Assembly: GCA_030141605.1 (NCBI GenBank)
Contig: JAQGDQ010000018.1
Coordinates: 744,001 to 808,000 of the forward strand
DNA from: Tubiluchus corallicola
Lineage: Eukaryota; Animalia; Priapulida
DNA: 64,000 nt
Reading direction: 5' to 3'
The translations under genes and the position numbers were made by a program. The notes beneath the pieces are model-generated. The model was not told the origin of the DNA. It did no database searches and was given only the letters and a program-made list of their open reading frames with translations. How positions within the stretch are numbered: the first letter of the stretch is position 1; the number at the start of each line of letters is the position of its first letter. Of the stretch, positions 1 through 11,633 are shown in pieces.

Positions 1-91
1 ATTTAACCCTAATGCGCTCTTTTTTTTGATGACTTTCAGATTTGACAAATCATTGAAAAAAATCATTTGAGGTCAAATTGTGTTTACAGTC

Positions 92-3000
92 ATGGGTATA
101 GAGAAGAATTACCTTATCCGGAGAGCAGTTCCTGATGATTGTGATTCAGTAACACTTCTCATACATGTAATTACAATATTTATTTATTTCAGCAAAACAT
201 TATTTTTAATGTTCCACACTTGTATGCTAAATTAGTGAATCGTTGTTTCACTTAAATGTAGCATGTATAGCATTTTATGTTTTTAAATTTAAACTTATCT
301 GATGTTACTTCATTGTCTTTGCTTAATGAATCCCTTTTAGCAATGATTTGTTTGAAGAATGCTAAAATTTTGTGATCCATTTTTTCACTTAACAATTTTC
401 ATTTTAACGACAATTTTGTGACCTACAAAGCTTTTTTGCTTTGTGGCAATCTTTTAATGAAGCTATTAGTAGTGTGAATTATATGCTGTACTCGTGTTTT
501 TGCTTCACTGTGACCAGCTACTGAGACTCTGATACATGTATATGCTGCATAATATTCACGCCAAGGTTGGTATGTAATACCGTAATATTGTTTTTTATTT
601 CAGGATTTAGCTCGGTATGAAAAATGCCCTGAACAGTGCAAGGTAACAAAAGAAAGTAAGTTTTATTGCAGATAACAGAACAAACCGTCAGGCAGGTCAG
701 GCTATTCAGTCTGTGCATGCTACCTGTAAAGTCTTTGCTGATGTAATGTGTTAATCACTGAATACAGAAATATTAGCGAATCTGCTATAGACCCACAAAA
801 CTGCTAAAGGCCTTTTTAACATGAGGTACTTTATAAGCATATTTGGCCAATTTACAGGATTGTTATAGATGAACAAAGCATGTATTAATAATTGTTGTGT
901 GTAAATATTGTATGGTGTATGGCTTTGGAGAGGGTGTAAAGTACATTTAGAAGGAGTTTAAGTACTTTGCAACAGTAGAACATAAGAATAAAGCAAAAAT
1001 AATTATTTAAATTTAGTGAAATGTATTTTAGATTTTATATAACCTCAGTAGACTACACTTTTGCACATTTGATGTTAAATTGCATGTGCATGTGCATGTA
1101 CATGTTCACTAAAGTCAATGATATGCAAAAAAACCTGTCACTTTTGTTTGCACAAATTTCTTTGCTCAATGATATGATTGCGCTACTGATGCTGGTGATT
1201 TCAAGTTGCTGTATTATAAAACCAGCAGAGTGCCCACCATTGATTCACTCATAACTTAAAACTGGTATGCTGCATGCCCAACAACTTTTTTGTTGTGCAG
1301 GAATAAGGGGCTAAATTTTACTGTAAATTAACTTGCATACAGCAGGCGAAGTAAGCATATGCAATAAAAGCTTGTAATATCTATTATACCAAATAACTGA
1401 ATGATAAAAGTTTCTTCTTTGCATTAGCAGTGTGTATGATATAAACCATGTTCGCTATAACGGTGTTATACTGTATATTACTAGAGCATTAGTGTTAAGG
1501 CAAGGCCAGGTTAGTAATCCTGGAATCTTGAACATATCTTTCACAAGATCAGTAACAAATGCCCACTCTTTCAAATTCAGTCATAGGCGGCATTGCACTG
1601 TCTCACTTGTTCAGTGATTGCAGATTGTATGTTGTTTGTTAAAGGACAGAATTTTTCTAATTGTGATGCCAGTGCACAAAGATTCTGTAATTATAGCCCT
1701 ATTTTCTAGTCTGAGGCTGTGTGTGAAATCACGGTTCTGTAATAGCCCCAGCCATTTTATACAGTCCAAGCTTGATATCTGTGGTGTTATGCACATCACA
1801 GAATAGAACCCCAGCTATACATAGGGTGTTTCGTCTCTTTCTGGTCACTGTTCTGTTGCATGACTGACTTTGACTACTGTAATGGTCTTACAGTACAAAT
1901 TTCTTACAGACATGACAAAGAAACTGGAATGCCTATTTCGCGATCCAAAATATCTTTACAAATCAACTATTCGAGCTTGCATGAAGTAGTGAAGCCATTC
2001 TTTGTTGGTGCTTTAGCCTACTGTCTTACATACTTGGCAGATTGCAGTAATTATTGCAATTTCTTAATCAGCAAAGACCTGTTGCTACATTAGCTCAAGT
2101 TCTCGACTTAATTTAAGTTCAGATTCCTTCTAGCCTTAATGAACTTTACTCAAGTTCAAGTTCACAACCGGAATTAGCTGTTTTGGTAAAGCAAGCTTCA
2201 GGTTGGTAGTAGCGCTCTAAATGCTGCTACTAATATACATGAGCTATTTAACCAACATTCTGAAATTTGCCTAGAACGAATTTGGCTTATGATATCAATA
2301 CTTTTGCAAATTAGCCCAAATTAGATATCATTAATTAATTATAACTGTGATTGCCAGATTTTTTTTGCAAACCATTGCAGTTTATTTTACTGCAAGAAGA
2401 TACTGAAATCTCAGCTTGTCCACAATTTTTAGTACCTCCTTTCTCCAACTCATTACCCACACTGTGTAATAATAAAAATTAAAATAATTCTAGCAATCAC
2501 AGTCATAATTAATTAATGAATTTGGCTTATTTTTGCCATTTTTCGCACTTGGATTTGGCTTTCATCATCAGCAACTTTGCCTGGAGATCTTGCATATTGA
2601 GTAATGCGTAAATAATGCTGTAATCTCTTGTGATTCAACTAACTGAAATTATTTGTGTGTTTTTTTACATTTTTCTCATTTCTAATTCAGTTCGCCTTTT
2701 CAGTAAATTCCTTCACGTTCAATTTCAAGTTACCTTTTTAATAATTGTTAAGTTATCAAGTTTACTTACAAACGAGTTTGTCCCATCACTGCAAAGTAAT
2801 AATAAGAACTGTATGTTTCTGAACCTATATTTTAAATTTTCTTTTTGGCTTACCTTGAGTGGTACTGGCCTTTTTCATTCATTTCTAATGCAATTTTTAT
2901 TTTCTATAAGTGAGATTTGTAATTGCACATCTTGGTCTAAAATAATATTACTAAATTGAAATAAGCTGTTGAATTCTTTCCAGGATTATTAGACGATTGC

Positions 3001-6000
3001 TTTGGTTCTGGAAATTTTATCGTATGCTTAGTTGCAGAAGCATCAGAAGATGGTAGGCATAATTTTTAAATCATATCATAGGGGTCAGTCTGCTGTTGTG
3101 TAAATAATATATCTGTCTTTTACATTTTATTGGATGATTAAGACCAGACAGATGACTAGATGCAGATGTCGTCAAAAGAGATATTATTAAAACTACATGC
3201 ATGTACATAAAAACATATTATTATCCAATCACATTGTGTCAGCCAGGATTTTGTGATTGTTTTATGCCGTTTTAATTTATTCACTAAGATGTTCTGTTTA
3301 CATAGATGGCACAAGAAAAATAGTTGGCTTTTGCATCTACTTCTTTGCTTATTCTGCATGGGAAGGTCGACTATTATATGTGGAAGATGTTTTTGTTTCT
3401 CCTGATTATAGGCGTCAAGGAATTGCAAGGACATTTTTCTGTAGCATTGCTAAGGTATGAACTGCAGAAGATAGTAAAGTCTAATGCAATAAAGAACACA
3501 TAACATATCTTCTTCAACCAAATTCTTCCTTACCTATAATTTTATCAAATGTAGAGGTCAACATTAAGAGAACTTTTTATATATAAATGTCCTGCTTTTT
3601 AATCCACGGCTTTACTATCACGTAAGCATACAATTTATTATTATTATCTTTGTTTATTGCCCAAATTTGTTACAATATACACCAATGTGCTTTCTTGTTA
3701 ACCTGGAATTCTGGTTCAAATTAAACAGCTGTATTTTTGGTTAACTCTTGCAGCTGTCAGAAAATCTATAGTGATTTAAGCGAGAGATGAAAAATTAATG
3801 AATCAGTAGATGGACTACACAATTTTTATTGTGCTTGGCTCGGTGTTTTCCTTAAGGCAGTTGTATTTATTTTCTGGAGTTTATAAACTGACTTATAAAC
3901 TTATCTGCCATGCATTCAAGAAATTCTTCTTTAGTAATGATTTATCTCTTAAGAGCAGGGCCGGATTTACCATTAAGGCAAACTAGACAGTTGCTTAGGG
4001 TGCCAAATTGTGGGAGTAATTCTTTAATTTTTAAGTTTAGTCTAAGTAACAACAATGTATGTGTGATTCTTTAAGTGTACAGCATTAATTAAATGAAATG
4101 AACTAGTTGCATTATTTTCCGGTAAATATATACCAGTCATGGGTACTAGCAAGTGTCGTCCAGCAGCAATATTTTTTATTGTATGCATAGAGCAGCAGTG
4201 CTAGCAAGTGTCTTCCAGCAGTAGGAGCGTTATATATATAAATATTACTCCTTATAGTAATGACCCTTCCATTAATAAATATAATTCTTACAACAGCATT
4301 AATCTAACTGTGGTAGATAAACCTGTAAGAGTCAAAGTCTTCAGAAAATCTACACAGAAAACGAAAAGCAAAAAAGGCTGGCAAATGACAACATGAACAG
4401 CAAAAAGATTCGCCAAAGAGGTATTTGCAGCCAAACTAGAGTTACGATTGTGAAGGTGATAAAGCTAGTGAAATGGATGTATACGTGAAAAAGAAGAGTC
4501 AGGGTTTCAAAAAAATTTTATGAAAAGCTGAGGGAAAATCTAGATGAGAATAGCTGAAATTGCAGAAATTTGATTGCTCCTGAAAATCCAGGATCTACCA
4601 ATGGGGTCAGAAATGCAATTTGAAATGAAATAACACAAGTAGTAGATCATGAATCTACACATAAATAGTAAACTATAGTGCAAGTTTTAGTCTAACTCAG
4701 GTACCGTTATACTTTATAATGTTATACAAGAAAATTCAATTTTGTGGGTATGGTGGGACCATGGGGGAAGGGGTTTACCATTGTTGAGGGACACAAAAAA
4801 TACTTTTGCCAGGCATCAAACTACCTGGAGCCGGCCCTGGTTAAGAGTGCCAAATGCCTTCATTAATGTCCTTTGATTTTAGCAGTGCTAGTGTATGCAC
4901 TTTTATTTTTTTACTCAGCAACAATTACAGGCTACCTTGTATGTTTATTCAAGTACGTTGTGGATTTATGATTTAATTTCGGCTAGACTAGGTAAGCCAC
5001 ACTTTTTCAAATAGTGAGGACTAAACAAGCCTTCAAAGTCTTAATGGCTTATTCTGTATTTTATAAAATCTTTGCAATGTTTTCAGGATGCATTAAAAAA
5101 TGGGTGTTGTAGAATCGAATTTGCTGTTCTACATTGGAACTTTCCAGCCATAAATTTTTATCGTACGCTGGAGGCAAATGATTGGACAGAAAAAGAAGGA
5201 TGGAATTTGTGGCAAATTAATGCAGATGGACTAACCACCTTAGCTTCTACTGCTCAAACCAACAGTGCATTTAATATCCAGTATGTAATCAGGGAAGCTA
5301 TTCCTGCTGACTGTGTTGTGGTTTCAGAACTTATTCAGGTACATAATTTAATCACTAACCTGCACCAGTTACTACATTATGAATAGTAATCTGTTGAGTC
5401 CAAACATTCATTTGATATTAAAACTAATTCCGCAGAAAAATATTTAAATTAGTGTGAGCCAGTATCTCTATAAATTTTAATTCAATGTGTTTTGCAAATG
5501 TAAAGCATTTTATCTAGTAATGTTAGTTTAAATGCAGTGTAATGTTACGTGATCTACATGTAATTTCGTTTGATGTTATGAGAAGAACTTGCTAGAAATA
5601 CAAAGTTGAAAAATCATTTGCAGAGTTTAAATCTCTCTCTTTCTCTCTATCTCCCCCTCTCTGTCTCTCTCTCCCCCGTCTCTCTCTCTCAACTTATTAC
5701 TAATTTTGTATTTCAGAACTTTTTGATTTAGTGGTGTATAGGCATTGATTTAAAAGGTATCACTTTCATAAGTGGACAGAGTAGTTCTGAAACTGCCAGA
5801 GGGTACAAACCTGATAATCAATATTTAGCTTTTGTTGGTGTTTATCAATCAGTGTTCTCGTATTGTGAATTAGTAGGTTAGTTGCGGCTATATTACTTTG
5901 AAAATTTGAAAATTACTTTGACATATAACTTTGAGGCCACGATCAGGACTTCCATGGGAGCCACTTCAATAAATGCTGTTAAGGATACCTTCTTTAAATT

Positions 6001-8496
6001 CTTTTTGTTAATACTATATAGGGCCATTTTCAAGGGCTAATACGGTTTTGAGGGACTACAAATTGATTGAAAATGTAGGCAGTTGTTGTTGCTGTACTAG
6101 CCTTTATTAGCAATCATGAATCTTCTCAGTTTTTGGCATTCTCGAATTGTGTTGGATTCAAGTAAAACTGTGTTTTTCTTTCTGGGATATCAATTAGTGG
6201 TCAATTTGGTATTTATTACTTCAGGGTAAAAGTGCTGGAATGATACTTTATTTCTGGTGGTGGCCCTGTAAAACCGTGTTACTTTTATGGAAATTTGAGG
6301 TGTGTTTATTTAATGCCAATGAATATCTTTCTGTAATATCGTTGCTCAATGTGTCTGAAAGTGAGGTAATAAATTTAGAAACAAACTGAACCAAGGTCGA
6401 GCAAATTATTTACTTGACTTTTGCATAACATCTTTTAGGAACAGGCAGCTCATCATAAACTTTCGAATCTCTGCAATATTTCAGAAAAAAGTAAGTACCT
6501 AAACTTCTTGAATTCAGCGTTTGTCTTAGTCACCGCTGGTTATTTTGTACATTAATTGCTGTCTTATTTGTTAGTTAATGACAATTGTTTTTTGTGATAG
6601 AATTGTCTGTAATAATGCCGTGTGTTAGATAATTTATGTAAGAATGTTACATGTAATGTTGTAATGTTGAAACACTATTCAATTTATTTATTTAATACAA
6701 TTTTTTCCAGGAATACTGAATGATTTTTTTGGTCCAGAAAAATGTGCCACGTGTTTAGTAGCTGAAACATTTGAGAAAGGTAGGCAGTTTGAAATCAATT
6801 GTTTGCACTTTTAGATGGCTGTAATGTTGTAGACTCAGATGGAAAGCTTTTACAAATATCCCAATGATTAAAAATTGGCATCCCAGGGATATAGCTCAGA
6901 GGCAATTATGAGAAATGAGGGGAAGTAGTTCCATGGGGGTGGAGTGGGTAAGGTACTGTTGTGAAGGGCCTAAAGTTTGATAGGAAAATTTCTCAAAAAT
7001 TCGAAATGGTGGACCTAAAATTGCATTTTTATTAACATTTTCCTTCGCAATGCAGCTATTGATATGCTTAACATGATAAAACTTCGTTACCTACTGTTTT
7101 TTAAATACAATGTGTCTACATAATACTCCGTCCATCACATGCCTGGGAAAACATTCTACAACTGCCAAGTTGTTTTACTGACAGTAACTCTTATGATTTT
7201 TTTTATTAGAATGCAGAACAGTTTTGTAATCTTTGCTAATGAAGAGAGGGAAACAGCTAAGCTTTTTCTCATTAAAATTTTGAGAAAAAAGTGTTTCATG
7301 TAAAAATATATGCCTTCTGTGAGAAGAAGTGTCTGCAGACTAAGTCTGTCAGTCTGTAAAGATTTTCCGATGTGGTTGTAGACTGCATTTTTTCATCAAA
7401 TCTCCAGAAATCATGAGATTAAAAAAAGCAATGCTAAAAATAAAATGCCCTAGCATGTCAAACTGGGAAAAACTAATTTATTACATAAGCTTCGTTCTTT
7501 ATTACATAAACTTCGGGAGTACAAAGTTACAATTTGGGTATTTCACTTTTGTGCTAAGCTGAGAAGATCTGTGATAAACTGTTAGGTGACAACAAGCCTA
7601 ACAGTCTCTGAAAAAGCAGTTTTTGACACCCAACACTTAACAAATATTTGTTTTTACAATATGCTTTAATAAGATAAAAACTTACAGTACAGTATTATCA
7701 CAATGTTGTAGCAAAGTATCTGCAAACATAATTCTTCACGAAATCAGAATGTACCAAATTGTTGCTTTAAACTCATTACAGATGGCAAATCAAAACTAGT
7801 TGGTCACTGCATTTATCTTTACGCCTATTCGACATGGGAAGGCCGTTTTATATATGTCGAGGATATTTTCGTGAGGCCTGATCACAGGCTGCTTGGCATT
7901 GGAAGAGCTTTTTTCTCCTATATGGCAAAGGTATTGTATTTAATGTGCAGTGCACGTATTTTCATGTAGTGCTGCTTTATATGCTGATTCAACTTTTAAG
8001 GATGTGATAGTTGGGTTAAACATAAATAATCTTGATTACAATCGAAGGCATGAAGTAGTTTCTTTCCTAATGCAAAATATTTTTTATTTCGCGTTTTAAG
8101 ATTAGATTTTTAATTTAGTTTTCGTGTGCTTACCCTGCACTGTCATTTTCACAGAATAAACATAAATAGATCATTGCAACGAATTGTTGTTCAGGAAGAA
8201 GTTTTTGTACCAAGTTTCTAAATTTGTTGTTGTTTACTTAAGTTTGTTAGATAGCAGTTTTTCATCTTTCATCTTTATTTTCTTACTAATTTCTTGCATT
8301 GTTTTAGGTGGCAGTAGACAACCAATGCTGCAGAATGCATTTTATCGCCTTAAAATGGAACAAACTGGCTGCAGAGTTTTATAACAAAGTAGGTGCTTAC
8401 AGTTTAACAGAAAGCAAAGGGTGGCATGTGTGGAACATTGATGCAAGTAATATGGAATGCTTAGCAAATACCTGTAGTTTGGATTTAACTGTATAA
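92..8496 (+). CDS. Tandem two-domain SSAT/SAT2-like (diamine/thialysine N-epsilon) acetyltransferase, GNAT family, 351 aa, 9 coding exons
   Basis: GT-AG exons 92-166, 604-655, 2984-3052, 3306-3454, 5087-5338, 6439-6490, 6711-6779, 7782-7930, 8308-8496 join in frame (1056 nt). Domain 1: YLIRRAVPDDC..LARYEK..CLVAE..YSAWEGRLLYVEDVFVSPDYRRQGIA..LHWNFPAINFY..EGW. Domain 2: YVIREAIPADC..CLVAE..YSTWEGRFIYVEDIFVRPDHRLLGIG..LKWNKLAAEFY..KGW. An acceptor (ttacag) just before the ATG implies a 5'UTR exon upstream of the window. Confidence 0.92.
2328..2519. mobile_element. Small MITE/foldback element with ~31-bp terminal inverted repeats
   Basis: tcattaattaattataactgtgattgccaga (2328-2358) is a near-perfect reverse complement of tctagcaatcacagtcataattaattaatga (2489-2519). 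Confidence 0.6.
3956..4839. mobile_element. Non-autonomous hAT-type DNA transposon in SSAT intron 4
   Basis: TIRs CAGGGCCGG...CCGGCCCTG flanked by an 8-bp near-identical target duplication (cttaagag / gttaagag); no transposase ORF. Confidence 0.75.
5632..5690. repeat. Imperfect (CT)n microsatellite
   Basis: tctctctctttctctctatctccccctctctgtctctct... Confidence 0.85.
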
Positions 8497-8573
8497 AGTA
8501 ATGTGGCAAGGACTTAAAGGTTAACTAATCTTCATTTAATATACTTTATATCTCAACACGCATTATAATAACT

Positions 8574-8579
8574 AATAAA
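8574..8579 (+). terminator. Candidate polyadenylation signal of the SSAT-like gene
   Basis: AATAAA 78 nt after the stop codon; a second AATAAA at 8761-8766 is an alternative. Confidence 0.45.
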
Positions 8580-8879
8580 AGCCTTAAAGATATATTGTGA
8601 TCTAGTTTATAAGCTGAAATCTCAATGAGTGGATTTTGGTTTTGCAGAAGTCACATCTTCTCCTGCTACAAGTTAACGTTACTTTGTTGCTCAAATAATA
8701 CATTGGCATAGTTGAGTACAAAATGTGTGACTTTGGTAAAATTTAAATCAGTTTATTTTTAATAAATGTTTTCCTTATTAATATGCAAGTAATAGTAGGT
8801 ATTATAATTTAAACAGTTTGCCATCTGTGTGTTTTATTTTTGGAAAAGTTCTATTGTTTTAATTGTTTAATAATTAACG

Positions 8880-10200
8880 AGTAAACTCTCTTTTCATGGT
8901 ATTAGAGGATGCCTACAACTGGTTGGCTTCAAAGTTATTTATCTAATCATTTACACTCTGTTATTTGTAACAATGTTTTTTTTAATTCCCAAACAAATTA
9001 CTCATGGCGTTAAGGTTCAGTTCTCAGACCCCGTAATGTTTTGTTACATATCAATGACATTGTTATGTTCAAAACAATATGAATATTATTCAGTATACTG
9101 ATGATACAACTATATTCTAGGATGTTAATACATTTAACATATATATATATATATAAAACTGAGGAGGCCACAGCTCCGTCGACGGCACCATTCTCGACGA
9201 TCCATACGTCAAACAAAAGGTCTCCACCCAAAGGTTTGCACCTGGGTTTTTTTTTCGAATCGGGTCTACAGGGAGGAAGGGGGGGTGAAAAACCTTCAAA
9301 AACTGCCCTTTTTGACCGTTTTTTGCAAAACTTATACCTCTTGTTTCTAGAGAATGGGAACGTGTCGGGGGCGGGTGTGGTTTAATGTAGTCTGGTAGGG
9401 TTTGCTTTGATAATGTGGTGGGCTGGTAGGGTGTGGGTGGTGTCCTATGGTGTGAGTGTTGTTGTGTTGTGGTACGATGTGGTGTGGGTGGTATATTTTG
9501 AGTGACATGGTGGGCGGTTGTGTGGTGTGGTGTGGGTTGTTGTGAGTTTATGCGCAAAATTCTTGTGTGGAGTTTTGCTAGTAAGCTATTACTTAACCCC
9601 AACAAAATCAAGTGTATCTGATTTCGATTTAGAAATAAACCTCTTCCAACAAATTTGCAATTTATAATCGATGATACTTACACTGAACATATTTTCCAAA
9701 TAAAGTTTCTTGGGGTGATAATTAATGAAAGTCTGAGCTGGAATATTCACAATAAAATGATTAGCAAAAAATTGCAAAAAAAACATTGGAATAATTTCCC
9801 ATATTTTACCAAATCTTTCTGCTACCTTGTTAGTTACACTATATAACAAACTAATACTTCTTTATTTGTTACCTTTTCGGTTTACCTTACCTCAATAGCA
9901 TAATGAATCTTAAAAGACTGCAAAGAAAATTCATCCGAATTGTATATAACCTTCCTAGGCATGCAGAAGTTATTAACTCCGAGTTTCTTAACTGTAAAAT
10001 TTTAAAATTCGATTTTATAATTTAGCGTATAGTAAGGTTTCAATTTTTATGTCTGAACTCGTTTCCAACTTCTTCCCACTTTTTAATAACCCTGTAAAAA
10101 TAAACAATAAAGTATACTAAATTTTTAATCATTATACATAAAGCAATCGATTTCTAATGCTGGACGTAGAACATAGAATTTAATATCCAACAGCCTAAAA
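8880..10200 (+). mobile_element. Degraded CR1/L2-clade LINE reverse-transcriptase remnant, interrupted by an insertion at 9140-9581
   Basis: Frameshifted RT motifs: HGIRG..WLQSYLSN, THGV..GSVL..HINDI, QYTDDTTIF, KLLLNPNKIK, KFLGVIINESLSWNIH. Boundaries approximate. Confidence 0.75.
9140..9581 (+). mobile_element. Helitron-like non-autonomous insertion
   Basis: Starts (TA)nTAAAA, has an internal degenerate GT-rich microsatellite, ends with hairpin gcaaaattc-N7-gagttttgc and CTAG followed by T; splits the LINE RT remnant. The canonical 5' TC is not seen. Confidence 0.45.
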
Positions 10201-11633
10201 TATACTAATTCGATGTAGGGCTTTCAAGAAAATTGAAGAAATATATTTTTAGTGAATACTCACATTTCGACAATGTGTGCATGATAAAATGACTGGTTAC
10301 ATTCCATGTGAGTGCACGAGTAAATGTTTGTGTATGAGGTTTTGCATGTGTTATTTGTGTGCACATGTATATAGACAGTGTGTACATTAGAGAATTGACT
10401 ACATTGTAAGTGATCGCATGAACAAGTATATGTCTATGCAAACAGTATGTACAGTGTAATATAACATAATAAATAACATAAATTTTTTTTCTTTTTCTTT
10501 ATAAATCATCCCTAACTCTTGAATTTGATTATAGTGTTATAACAAGTTTTGTTTCTTCTAAAAGGTAATAAAAGGTTTATTTACTTCACTTTCTTCATTG
10601 AGAAAAATAACATTCAGTCACTTACTTTTTACAATTCAAACTTCGAACATACTGAATGCAATTCGTATGCACACGATTTTATTATGGATAATTACATTAA
10701 CTGACTTGAGAAGTACAATGCATTACTGTATCATTAAAATACTACAGAGTTACACAAAATATTAAAGAAAAGTAACAACTCAATATTATATTGCGAAAGT
10801 AAACTTGGTTTCTGTCAAAATTATGTAAATTAAAGGTGAAATTTTGCCTTAGACTATTATTTTACTGTAAACATGATTACATGAAATCAGAATGGCTTTC
10901 CACTAAGCAATTCATTTTTTCAACAATGGCAAACTTACTACTCTTCACTCAACAGCAAATGTTTTATTTTAAAATTTTGTATTCACCTGCTTGTTTTGAT
11001 GCTGTTGAATGAATGTTGCTTATATAAATGTATCCCAGTGAGGACATGTAGACAGTGTAAAAGATAGAATATCTTAAAATAAATTAAGATTTAAGATTAT
11101 CTTAGTGTTGGAGAAACAGCATTAGACATCACCTCATTACTCCTAGTTCATTTCAGTCGGTAGTAAAAACAATTCACGAAGTGCATAAAAATTAAAGCAA
11201 GCACAAATAATCATAGAAAGATTTCTAGTAAAATGAAAAGTAGAGAACTACTCACAATGGATAACCATTACTTAAAATCACGGCACTCAACTTGCATGTT
11301 CTTCAAACTAAAAGCTTGAATATCGACGCACAAAATTTAAAACAAAGAACGTGGTCAGGAAGAAACGGAAATCTTGTGTTTCCCTTCAAACAATATTACT
11401 AACGATTTTTACATCCAAAACACATTTCCTGTGGAAGACATAGCTTCACCACAAGATAATGTGCTTAATTTTGCTGGAATGTATTAATGTAGTAAAGCAA
11501 AACATTGCTTGCTGTAATCAAAGTAAATTTTTACAGTGGGTAAAATATGTCACGGAACCATTAACAGTCTGTCCCCAACTAGGCGGCAATATGTAAACAA
11601 TTTAGAATAAATTAATGACATTTAAAATTTGTG

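Noticed and set aside
6883-6910. gggatatagctcagaggc resembling a tRNA 5' end / A box
   Set aside because: No B box, T arm or cloverleaf follows; more likely the decayed end of a DNA transposon.
9010-9611. ORFs of 73-164 aa, including a His/Thr/Pro-rich minus-strand ORF
   Set aside because: Derived from the GT-rich repeat of the inserted element; no domain.
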